64,000 nucleotides of DNA from Tubiluchus corallicola (lineage: Eukaryota > Animalia > Priapulida): positions 62,001-126,000 of the forward strand of contig JAQGDQ010000619.1 in assembly GCA_030141605.1 (NCBI GenBank). Direction: 5' to 3'. A model generated the notes under the pieces. The model was not told the DNA's origin. It did not search any database and worked only from the letters and a program-made list of their open reading frames with translations. The stretch's first letter is position 1. Every line of letters begins with the position of its first letter. The translations under genes were made by a program, and so were the position numbers. Of this stretch, positions 42,478-52,705 are shown in pieces.

Positions 42478-43030
42478 GACTACGGCCAAATCACGTTGAA
42501 AACACCGGCTCTCGTCTGATCACCGAAGTTAAGCAACATAGAGCCTGGTTAGTACTTGGATGAGTGACCGCCTAGGAATACTAGGTGCTCTAGGATCCCC
42601 ACATTTATCTCGACACTAGGCGGAGGAGCTGCACAAGCAGCTAACGACTAGAGGGCGGAGGAGGTCAAGCGACCCAACGGCCTTGTGTAGAGGAGTAAAC
42701 TTTCCAAATCAGGAGTGGAGCCCCGAAGGTGGACCAGTGCAGCATGCTCACTGACTCCGGCAGCTCCTGCAGCCAACCTGGTGCCAAACGTATCCCTCCG
42801 CTTTTCTTTGGACTACACCAGGGAGAAAGAGAGGGGGTTCCTGTTGTCTGTGCAACTCAGGATCTCCATACACCTTGCCCAGGTGTGCGCCCTGGAGAGA
42901 CCACTCCAGTGGTTCAAGGATCGGACTGCTCAGCCACAGTCGACGCTGCAGCTTCATCAGTGTGATCAATAACTGACTCTCTTGGCGCACATTCCATTGT
43001 CTTCCGAGACAGAAGGACGCCAACAACAAT
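42478..43030 (+). mobile_element. 5S rRNA-derived SINE (SINE3) with RTE-like body and (CAA)n tail
   Basis: 42478 to ~42595 is a nearly full-length 5S sequence (gactacggcc...gaagttaagcaac...ggttagtacttggatgagtgacc) with no oligo-T terminator after it. The body ends in cattccattgtc...agaaggacgccaacaacaa. A 3' part recurs at 48330-48452. Confidence 0.8.
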
Positions 43031-43367
43031 CCTGGAAAATACTATTGTTCGTCGTAACTTCGGATCCCAGAGGTCGTGGTTAAAGTTAGAAGCAGATATC
43101 TAAGAAATTACAAGAAAGTTTCATTATATTTGTGCATTACGTACGTGACTAATTTTGCCTTAAACAGAAAATGGAGCCAGAAACACCCATTAGACCTATG
43201 TGCGCAAAAACTGCGCCTCTATAACCGATACGTAGATACGTAGTATACGATACAGCAGATACGTAGCACATTCTCTGTGCAAAATTTGATAAGTAGTCAT
43301 TAGAATTATGAATGCAGTAGATTTCTAGACCCTGAAAACCTATATTTGGACCCCAACATCATGCTGT

Positions 43368-44100
43368 CATATATTCATATTCATATTCATATTCATACTT
43401 ATTAGTGTCAAAAATACATAAAATACAAGAAAAAAAACAAGACATACGTACAATTTCAATTTTGAAATATAGTGACACTACAGACAAACAAAACAATTAC
43501 TAATAAAACAAATATTATTAAATATTCCTGTTAATTATATTAGTTATTTAAATGAAAAGTTTAATGATTAGAATTTAAAATAGATTGTCATTCATTAAGC
43601 CTCGTTTTCCATGATGTGATCATAACATAGTATATTGTTCATCATGTCTTAGAAACGCTTTTTCAACATAATCATTAAATGTCTTAATTACTTCTAAATC
43701 ACTAGTTCCCATCAGGAATAAAAATTTACCAGCATCGCTCATAAAGATAAATTCTGGTTTAATTACATTGATGTGATTATATAATTTTCCTCTAAGATCA
43801 TTGTAAAATATAACTAAGTGTAATTCGTCTTCGGATTCATTTCTTAAACAGTACGAGCATATAGGATTCTCAGCCGGGATTTTTCCAGGTTTAACGTACC
43901 TTCCTCTTTCAATACACAAAGTATGAGAGCTGATTCTCAGTCTTGTCAATTTTGTTACACCATATTTGGAGTAACCAGAAAGTAAATAGCTTTCTAGTTG
44001 TTATTATTTTTTGAAGGTTCGATACGTTCGCAGTTTATTTTATCCATCGGGTTTATTATCATTATGGATTTCTTTTTTCCAAAACAGGGTATAATCAATA
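43368..44100 (-). mobile_element. Truncated LINE (RTEX-like ORF2 C-terminus) with (TATGAA)n tail
   Basis: RLRISSHTLCIERGRY...CSYC...EDELH zinc-knuckle-like motif; (atattc)n at 43370-43397. Confidence 0.8.
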
Positions 44101-44507
44101 CGTTGTCTGGTTATTCCAAAGATGTTCAAAACCATATACACGTAATATATAGTTAACAAAAGCATTCCTAAAGAAGCAGTTCTCAGCTAAGATTCGGTTT
44201 TCATTATCAGCTTGGAATACATAGCTATTATATTATATTTGATAACCAAGATAATTTATTGACCTTATAAGCTAAGTGATAACTTGACTGCCAACTGAAA
44301 ATTGCTCTAGCACTGTACGAAACTTTACGCTAGTCATTACGTAAATGTGCATTACTTTCACTGCTCGACTTTGAACTGAACTTTGGACATTGATAACATG
44401 ATAACATACGATACGTGTTTTATAAAAATCAACCCCACAAACTGCGTAAACTAAAACATTACACGGTGAAATAGTTAAGCAGTGATATTGTCAAATGTGC
44501 ATTTGTA

Positions 44508-46121
44508 ATGAAATTACATTTGAAGCCAGTGATCTTTATCATGCTCCTTTGTCTTGCAATTGGCAATATTTCACTGATAACATTTCGAAAGGATGTCAAG
44601 TCTGTAAATGCCAGGAGGATCATCGCAGATAGCCACAAAACTGTGACGCATAAAGTATTAAGATTTACTAAAAGTGACAATAATAAAACACCTGCTCTTA
44701 GAGACAGGTCTTCTACTTTTACCTTCGTAACTGGAATTGATGCATCGAATGTGAGTAGCGTTTATTCTAATGACAATGTTGTAAGCAAAAGTAGTTCAAC
44801 AGGTGGAACAGGTGTGGACGCAGTTTGGTACAGAATTGATGCATCGAATGTGAGTAGCGTTTATTCTAATGACAATGTTGTAAGCAAAAGTAGTTCAACA
44901 GGTGGAACAGGTATGGACGCAGTATGGCACAGAATTGATGGTACCAATACAGCACTGTATTCTGCGTTCTATGACCACCGAACCAATCGAACTGTTCGGG
45001 TGATTGGAGTATCAGAAAGAGAAAGACTAAAGAACGACTCGTATTTTTGTCACCTGGCTCATCGCGACGGCAATTACTCCATGATCATTATGGCAAAATT
45101 GTATCCAATGGGAAGCGTCAGATTTCGTAGCACAACAACAATATTTAACTGTGAATTACCAGTTGAACATCAGCAGATTCCACACTTCGTAAGCGTTTCC
45201 CTGAGTCAGGCAGTGCCATCTAGCAGCAGAATTAGCATCCAGGCGATACGGATGCTTACAAACGCCAGAAAAATGTTTGGAATTTGTGTGCCATCTCTTT
45301 TTGGAGACGTGTCACCTTTATCGATAATCGAGTTTTTGGAGATGAGCAAAATCTTGGGAGCGGAGCAAGTATTCTTGTACGTAGGAAGCGTCCCCAAAAA
45401 GACATTGTCGGCAATCAACTTTTATGTTAAAAGTGGTTTTGTTGTAGTTCAGAAGTGGGGGCTTCGTACGAAATTTATTTCTGATGGAATCAGTACAGCA
45501 CAAGGGAAAAAATGGCCGGTAAACTATAACGCACAGCTGGCGTGTGTTCAGGACTGTCTGTACAGGAATATGTACAAGTTCTCATATCTGGCCTTTCAAG
45601 ATTTTGACGAATTCATACTGCCTAAGGAACATTCCGGATGGCCAGATTTGATGCGTGATTTGGAATCTCAGAGCAATGCTATTATGAATATCACTGGCTA
45701 TGTTTTCCGAAACAACTATGCTTACTACAACGCTACACCGGAATCGGAGCAAAACAACTTAAGTGCAAATTTAGTTCTTAAGAGGACAAAACTTGTTAGT
45801 TCAGGTAGATTTTATGACATCTACACGCGCAGTAAGGTCATTGTTAAGCCAGAAAACCTGCTTTTCATGCATATTCATTACGTTGATCGGGCTTTCGCCC
45901 AAATCGCAAATAAATACAGAGATTTTGAGGTTCCCACCAGTGTGGCTTCTCTGCATCACGCCAAGCTTTGGCGAACAGGTGCTCCTCTAAGAGAACCAAA
46001 GGTCACTCAAGGGATGCCATATGTCCCTAAACATGCTAAAAAGTGGTTGAAACACCTTGTTAAGAACGTACAGGATACTGTGCAAAATGTAACAGAGTTG
46101 GGCCTTCAGCATTTCAATTAA
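44508..46121 (+). CDS. Single-exon glycosyltransferase family 92 (DUF23; beta-1,4-galactosyltransferase galt-1-like), 537 aa
   Basis: N-terminal signal-anchor; YSAFYD, FGICVPSLF, IIEFLEMSKILGA, QLACVQDCLYRN, DFDEFILP (DxD), SKVIVKP and IHYV motifs; uninterrupted ORF. Confidence 0.9.
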   Translation: MKLHLKPVIFIMLLCLAIGNISLITFRKDVKSVNARRIIADSHKTVTHKVLRFTKSDNNKTPALRDRSSTFTFVTGIDASNVSSVYSNDNVVSKSSSTGGTGVDAVWYRIDASNVSSVYSNDNVVSKSSSTGGTGMDAVWHRIDGTNTALYSAFYDHRTNRTVRVIGVSERERLKNDSYFCHLAHRDGNYSMIIMAKLYPMGSVRFRSTTTIFNCELPVEHQQIPHFVSVSLSQAVPSSSRISIQAIRMLTNARKMFGICVPSLFGDVSPLSIIEFLEMSKILGAEQVFLYVGSVPKKTLSAINFYVKSGFVVVQKWGLRTKFISDGISTAQGKKWPVNYNAQLACVQDCLYRNMYKFSYLAFQDFDEFILPKEHSGWPDLMRDLESQSNAIMNITGYVFRNNYAYYNATPESEQNNLSANLVLKRTKLVSSGRFYDIYTRSKVIVKPENLLFMHIHYVDRAFAQIANKYRDFEVPTSVASLHHAKLWRTGAPLREPKVTQGMPYVPKHAKKWLKHLVKNVQDTVQNVTELGLQHFN

Positions 46122-46135
46122 ACTGAATCCATCAT

Positions 46136-46377
46136 ATAATGGTAAAGCCTACTTAATTTAGATTGTTATGGCAGGACTGGAACCAATCTGACTGTCTGAT
46201 TGAAACACCTTGTCAAGAACGTACGAGATAATGGTAAAGCCTACTTAATTTAGATTGTTATGGCAGGACTGGAACCAATCTGACTGTCTGATTGAAACAC
46301 GTTGTTAAGGACGTACGAGATAATGGTAAAGCCTACTTAATTTAGATTGTTATGGCAGGACTGGAACCAGTCTGACA
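46136..46377 (+). repeat. 92-bp tandem repeat (~2.6 copies) immediately after the GT92 stop codon
   Basis: ataatggtaaagcctac at 46136, 46228, 46320; units contain tgaaacaccttgt.aagaacgtac, also found in the CDS end at ~46048. Confidence 0.85.
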
Positions 46378-46998
46378 TAAACTTCTAAGAGGAGAAGCGA
46401 CTGAAGCGGCTTAATCGTAGATCAATGATTGTTCAGTTTTATTGAAATCTTGACTTTACGTTCAGTAGCAGAACATTAGGTAGCCTACATGATTCGCATC
46501 ACCATTAATTCATTTAAATCATTTCAGTTTACACGGCGCGCATGCGTGAAGTGAGACTGTGATGAAATGCAGTGAATCTCTGATTGTGAAAGTACATGCA
46601 ATCGTTAATATACGAACAAAACTTGCCATTTCACTACAAATAGATTTTTAGATTTTTTTGATTTACAACAGCTTGTAAAGGGGGTTTTTAGTTGTTGTTT
46701 ATTTTTTTTGCTTGTTTACGGTTATGATAATATTCTTCAACGAGCCGACGCTTTCGTTAGTTACGTAAAGTTGCATTTGCAGGTCATGTGACTGATGATG
46801 TAACTAATGTTCAACACAGGCACTGATAATGTCATGTGTTTCAAAGCAATGAAAGTGTGGTTCTAAAGACTCCAAAAATATGTTGTAGTCAGAACAAGTA
46901 AGGTAACACCACTGACAACAACATTACAGACAATTAAATGCTGTCAGGGCTAAGTTTATTAAAAAGTTTTTTTACCTCACTTAAGTTTTAAGTCCCAT

Positions 46999-48007
46999 TC
47001 AGTGTATTGTAGTAAAGATCTCGCCGATTGAAAACAAGAAATGAAGCACTAATATCATGAATTCACTACAGTGTATCGTATTAAAGATCTCGCCGATTGA
47101 AAACAAGAAATGAAACACTAATATCATGAATTCACTACGGTGTATCGTAGTAAAGATATCACCAATTGAAAACAAGAAATGAAGCACTAATATCATGAAT
47201 TCACTACAGTGTATCGTAGTAAAGATGTCGCCGATTGAAAACAAGAAATGAAACACTAATATCATGAATTCACTACAGTGTATCATAGTAAAGATATCAC
47301 CAATTGAAAAATGAAGCACTAATATCATGAATTCACTACAAAAGTACAGTGTATCGTAGTAAAAATCCTACCGATTTAAAACAAGAAATGAAGCACTAAT
47401 ATCATGAATTCACTACAAAAGTAGAGTGTATCGTAGTAAAGATTCCACCAATTGAAGACAAGAAATGAAGCACTAATATCATGAATTCACTACAGTGTAT
47501 CGTAGTAAAGATCCCACCGATTAAAAACAAGAAATGAAGCACTAATATCATGAATTCACTACAGTGTATCGTAGTAAAGATTCAACCGATTAAAAACAAG
47601 AAATGAAACACTAATATGATGAATTCACTACAGTGTATCGTAGTAAAGATTCAACCGATTAAAAACAAGAAATGAAACACTAATATCATGAATTCACTAC
47701 AGTGTATCGTAGTAAAGATCTCGCCAATTGAAAACAAGAAATGAAACACTAATATCATGAATTCACTACAGTGTATCGTAGTAAAGATATCACCAATTGA
47801 AAACAAGAAATGAAGCACTAACATCATGAATTCACTACAGTGTATCGTAGTAAAGATCTCACCGATTAAAAACAAGAAATGAAACACTAATATGATGAAT
47901 TCACTACAAAAGTAGAGTGTATCGTAGTAAAGATTCAACCAATTGAAAACAAGAAATGAAGCACTAATATGATGAATTCGCTACAAAAGTAGAGTGTATC
48001 GTAGTAA
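46999..48007. repeat. 66-75-bp minisatellite
   Basis: cagtgtatcgtagtaaagat...aaacaagaaatgaa.cactaatatcatgaattcacta repeated. Confidence 0.95.
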
Positions 48008-48329
48008 ATGCCGGCAGAAGACTCTTTAATCTTCTTACTCGCTGTAGTGCAAGCCAACTGTATGTTGGCTACAATGTACCAATTTTTCGTTCATACGTAG
48101 GAAAGCTGTGTTTAGTCTCAGAAGTAAGCTGTTTTTTAGTCAGAATACTGTTATTAATAACTTGCTGTACAATACTCACACAATTTTTAGATACAATGTA
48201 CCAAGTTTTTCCTGCATAAGTAGGAAAGCTGCGTTTAGTCTCAGAAGTAGGCTAATTTTGAGTCAGAATACTGTTATTAATAACTTGCTGTACAATATTC
48301 ACACAATTTTTAGATACAACACTTTTAAG

Positions 48330-48452
48330 CCCTGGAGACGTTCAAGGATCGCACTGCTCAGCCACAGTCGACGCTGCAGCTCCATCAATGTGATCAATAA
48401 CTGACTCTCTTGGCGCACACTCCATTGTCTTCCCAGACAGAAGGATGCCAAC
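48330..48452 (+). mobile_element. 5'-truncated copy of the 5S-SINE/RTE-type 3' end
   Basis: gttcaaggatcg.actgctcagccacagtcgacgctgcagct...gacagaagga.gccaac matches 42912-43025. Confidence 0.85.
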
Positions 48453-49012
48453 CATTTCATAGTACTTAGTGAAAATAGGGGGTGTGCAGTGCACTTTCTA
48501 GATTTTCTTTTTTCAAACAGAAACTCATTTTGAATGCCAATTGCACCGTAGGATACGTTCTCTCAAACAGTGAAATTGTCAAAGACGTAGATCAGGTCAA
48601 ATCGTCTGTTATCTAACATCTCATTTAACCTTCTTATGCTCTGTGTCGTAAATAAGTTTGTTTTGAACGAGTCCTTGGCGCGCGACAGTTTAACTGTTTT
48701 AATGCCATGAGGCCGCGTTAATGCCGTGAGGCCGCGTTAATGTGTTTCAATGTGATCATGTCTTTTTATCGAACCGTCTGCTTTTAGTGGTGGGTCATAA
48801 CTGAAAGTGGGTAATTTGTATAGCATTTGTAGTTGTTTAGTTTTGTATCGATGTAGTGGATATTTTTATGCTTATGTACAAATCACCTTTGACAATTGTG
48901 TTGAATGGCCATTGAGCGTTAGGGGCTAGTGCTACAATAGAAAATGTGGGAAAGTAGAATTTTGATTTGCTAGTGAGAGCAGGTGTCTGTTGATATTCTT
49001 CTTGAAACTGGC

Positions 49013-49347
49013 TCATTCATTCACTCATTCATTCATTCATTCATTCATTCATTCATTCATTCATTCATTCATTCAGTCAGTCAGTCAATCATTCATTCAT
49101 TCAATCAATCAATCATTCATTCATTCATTCACCCATTCAGTCAATCATTCATTCACTCATTCATTCACCCATTCATTCATTCATTCATTCATTCATTCAT
49201 TCATTCATTCATTCATTCATTCATTCATTCATTCATTCATTCATTCATTCATTCATTCACCCATTCATTCATTCAATCATTCATTCATTCATTCATTCAT
49301 TCATTCAATCAATCATTCATTCATTCATTCATCCATTCATTCATTCA
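49013..49347. repeat. (TTCA)n microsatellite
   Basis: Seen directly; shorter runs also at 17610-17650 and 41260-41335. Confidence 0.97.
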
Positions 49348-50015
49348 TATTGGCCGCTAACAGTCCTTCAAACATGGGTTTAGTACAATGCAAAGACGAG
49401 AGCAGAATAACAATCTCGAATTCTTGTTGTAAATTGAACATTTAAGATTTATATTCCATGATTTATTTTTACACTTTAAAGCATAATTAGTTCAGTGTTA
49501 TAATAAATTATTTAAAAATTATGGATACAATATCCACACGTGCATACACGTTTACAAAGTCACATATACAATATACAATCACATATAAAATCGCAAATTT
49601 GCAACTCTAAATTGGCATACACATAAAATGTACAAATTATACAAAATTATTTGACTGCATTTTTAGAATTTTCTTTTTAAACATTTGTTCTTCAAGTAAA
49701 CTTTTTTCGTCAACTAAAACACTTGGTCTTGGTCATCTGTTGACGATTAATGCTTGTGATGCGTCGATAATGTGTTTTTCCGCAGTTTCTCTTTTTTGCC
49801 AATAGATGGAGAAACTGTTCAGTGCTACAGGCTTGAAATACTTGTTGCTCGCGTGCATCAGGAATGATCACAGTGTGACACGCTGCGTTTGACTTTTGGT
49901 AACTGTAAAAACGACAACAACAGGTTAAACCATCTTGAAATTATAAAAGTGAAGAGCCACGATAACATGGATTTGTGTTCAATCTTTGCGATGCTTTTTC
50001 GATTATACTTTTCAG

Positions 50016-50105
50016 GTGCTTGGGCTCCACTCAGCATTTAAAAAGCAAGTATGGAGGAGGATATCTGTTAGAAATCAAGAACACCTTGTCTGGTGATTCG
50101 GAAAG
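50016..50105 (+). CDS. ABCA5-like transporter exon
   Basis: tttcag acceptor; (R)CLGSTQHLKSKYGGGYLLEIKNTLSGDSE(R); GT donor at 50106; phase matches the previous exon. Not in the ORF track. Confidence 0.92.
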
Positions 50106-50437
50106 GTAGCACACCTGTAAATTAATCAATACTTAAATTTTGTTTTTATAATTGTAATTTAATTTTAATTGTTACGAAAGAATTGTGAATTTCCAAGTTT
50201 TCATTGGAAACTTACGTAATTTTCAAACATTGAACTTTTAAAGCGTAAATGGTTGTAGTTCTGAGCCGATTAAATTACTGATTAAAAAATTCCATTTTGT
50301 GGTATGGTAAGCTTACCACTGAAGTAATCTCCAATGAGTATATAAGTTATAACAGACTGGCAGTACTTATAAATAATTGTTCTGTGAACTTTGACACTAA
50401 AATTGTGTCGTACTTGTCACTACTATTGCCGCGTACA

Positions 50438-50890
50438 TCTTCTTCTTCTTCTTCGCAGCTTTTCCCTATGCGGGGCCACCGTTGTGAATGAGTCTTCTCC
50501 ATGCATTCCTGTTGTTGACCATCTCTTCATTTATGTCTTCCCTTCCCACATGATCTTCACCGACTCTTCTTTTCAGGTGTCCATACCATCGCAATCTTGC
50601 GAGGCTTCCACTACTTTTACTGTTCCTCTGATATTATTATTTCTAATTTTATCTCTTCTTGTTATTCCCACCATCCATCTCAACATCCTCATCTCCACCA
50701 CACCCATTTTCTTCTCTTCTGTCTTCTTTAGAGAAGCTGCTTCCAGCCCATAGATTAGAGCGGGTCTGACCACTTCTTTGTGGACTTTACCTTTAAGTCT
50801 CACCGACTCATTCATAGAAGGTTTTGGTGCAGTTTTTACAGGCGGATGCCCTTCCTGACCCTAACCCTCCCTAGTGGCTAGGTTCCCCCC
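50438..50890 (-). mobile_element. Internally deleted RTE LINE copy, same family as 31352-31800
   Basis: LKGKVHKEVVRPALIYGLEA...EMRMLRWMVGITRRDKIRN; (TCT)n run at the 3' end; the adjacent ttttacaggcggatgcccttcctgac motif is typical of RTE-associated repeats. Confidence 0.85.
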
Positions 50891-50949
50891 AGAGACTATT
50901 GCCACATATATCTTGGCATTAAAATACATTTGTGTTTCTTCTGTTTAAG

Positions 50950-51089
50950 GCTGGATGTGCTGCATTCCTACATCATGGAACTGTTTCCATCTGCTGTTCG
51001 GCGGGACCAGTTTGTGGAAAGAGCTACGTATCACATTCCGAAAAGCGGCGTGCAGTCGTTATCAAAAGTGTTTGCATGCTTAGAGAAAG
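50950..51089 (+). CDS. ABCA5-like transporter exon (C-terminal regulatory domain)
   Basis: ttaag acceptor; (R)LDVLHSYIMELFPSAVRRDQFVERATYHIPKSGVQSLSKVFACLEK; phase-1 GT donor at 51090. Confidence 0.9.
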
Positions 51090-51779
51090 GTAGATAGCAA
51101 TTATGCTACTTCGAGTTCAATTCTCGACCACGTAGATATTTTGAATTACTTTTTCGATGCAGTGAATTGAGTCAGTTGGCAGCTTCAGGAAAAAGAGTTT
51201 GGGCAGAAGGACGCAAAGTCACATGGACGCGAGTAACTTTTTGGTAATGAGAGGTGTAATTGTTAACATTCTTTCTGAAGCAGGTGTTGTTAGCAGGCCA
51301 AAATTTTTTGTTAAAGAATTCCACAGCTAAGAGGTCCGAGGAAAAAGACTGGATTTATGAAGTTGAAACTCTGGATTTAAGAATGTCCAGGGTAAATATG
51401 TGAAAAGCAGCAGCAAAATGGGTATTATAAGCAAAGAAGCTGCATATTTGAAATTTCATGATTTGATTATTATATTGATTCCTAGTAATATTGCCACAAT
51501 ATACAAACTATTTTTTATGCCAAACTTGTGTGCAAATTTAAAATGATATATTTTCAACATGAATGTAGGTTTTTTTCGTTTTTCTCTGTGATTTTGCAGC
51601 AATTTGATGCTCAAGTTGAAGACCATGTTTTCCTCAAGTATTTTATTTGTTATGAAAACAATCTGTCTTTTCTCATAGCCTATGACATCCTTCATTTGCA
51701 TGGAAGCATAAACGGGATTATTGACTTCTTGCTTGTTTGTATGTGTGCAGTTTTTATATGCAGTATTTTTTATTGTTAG

Positions 51780-51886
51780 GTAAAGAACACGGCATCGAAC
51801 AGTATAGCTTCAGTCAGTCAACTCTGGAACATGTTTTTCTACAATTTGCCAAAATGCAGTATGAAGGAGATTTAGCACAAACATAA
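51780..51886 (+). CDS. ABCA5-like transporter terminal coding exon
   Basis: gttag acceptor; (G)KEHGIEQYSFSQSTLEHVFLQFAKMQYEGDLAQT then stop, with the ABCA YSxSQxTLExVFxxFA motif. Confidence 0.93.
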
Positions 51887-52289
51887 TTTCTTATTACGTT
51901 GATTATTAAAACTCATCAGATCTGTGACGTCCCCAGAAGGAGGGTCTACGGACCTTGTTATTACCTCTGTTGTGGGGGTACCCCAGACACTTCTTTCGTG
52001 GTTTGAAACTGACGAATAATATGCATCTACAGACAAAGTTAATAATAGTAAGCTGACAGATCTATTTTGCATGATTGCATGAATTGAACATTTACCAAAC
52101 TGCAAGTGCTTGCAAAAATCTCTTTATATTATGTATAATACAGTTAGTAGGTGAAAATTGTGTTTATAATATGTGAAGGATGGATAGTGGAAGAGGACAT
52201 CATGCATTTAAGAATGGTGGGGGGCTGTAAAAGAGTTCCATTACAGGCTCTTGTTCTTGGCAGTATTTTTGCACCCACATTCCAAATAA

Positions 52290-52705
52290 ACGACAAAATT
52301 ACATAGACACATGCAAGCCAGAAGCGGTTAAAGATATATTGAAAATAAGACTGAATATGCTTAACGTTAAAGGGAACTACAAGAATGAGTTTAAGGATCA
52401 GCTGTTATGCCCAGTGTGTGGGGAAGATGATGATACTACAGAACATATGCTTAGATGTGACAGATATGGAGAATGGAAAAAATTTGAACTCAGATGTATT
52501 AATGAACAGTGAAAAGGAAGGATTGCTAGAAATTAGAAATCTAGTGAACGAATGTATGGAATACAGGATAAAGACGAATAAAGACATTAAACTTGGAAAA
52601 GACAAATAAAAGATCAGCGTTATAGAAGAATAGACTTTACACCCTATAAAGGTGCCCGCCTCTGATAGGTGGAGAGAGTCGAGTATGGCAATCGCTAAAT
52701 AATCA
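52290..52705 (+). mobile_element. LINE ORF2 C-terminal fragment (Proto2/RTE-group-like) with CCHC knuckle
   Basis: One frame reads AVKDILKIRLNMLNVKGNYKNEFKDQLLCPVCGEDDDTTEHMLRC. Confidence 0.65.

Noticed and set aside
42478-42596. Functional 5S rRNA gene
   Set aside because: Several substitutions, no oligo-T terminator, not in a tandem array, and fused to a retroposon body.
42715-43029. GC-rich ORFs as a small gene
   Set aside because: They lie within the SINE body, part of which is repeated at 48330-48452.
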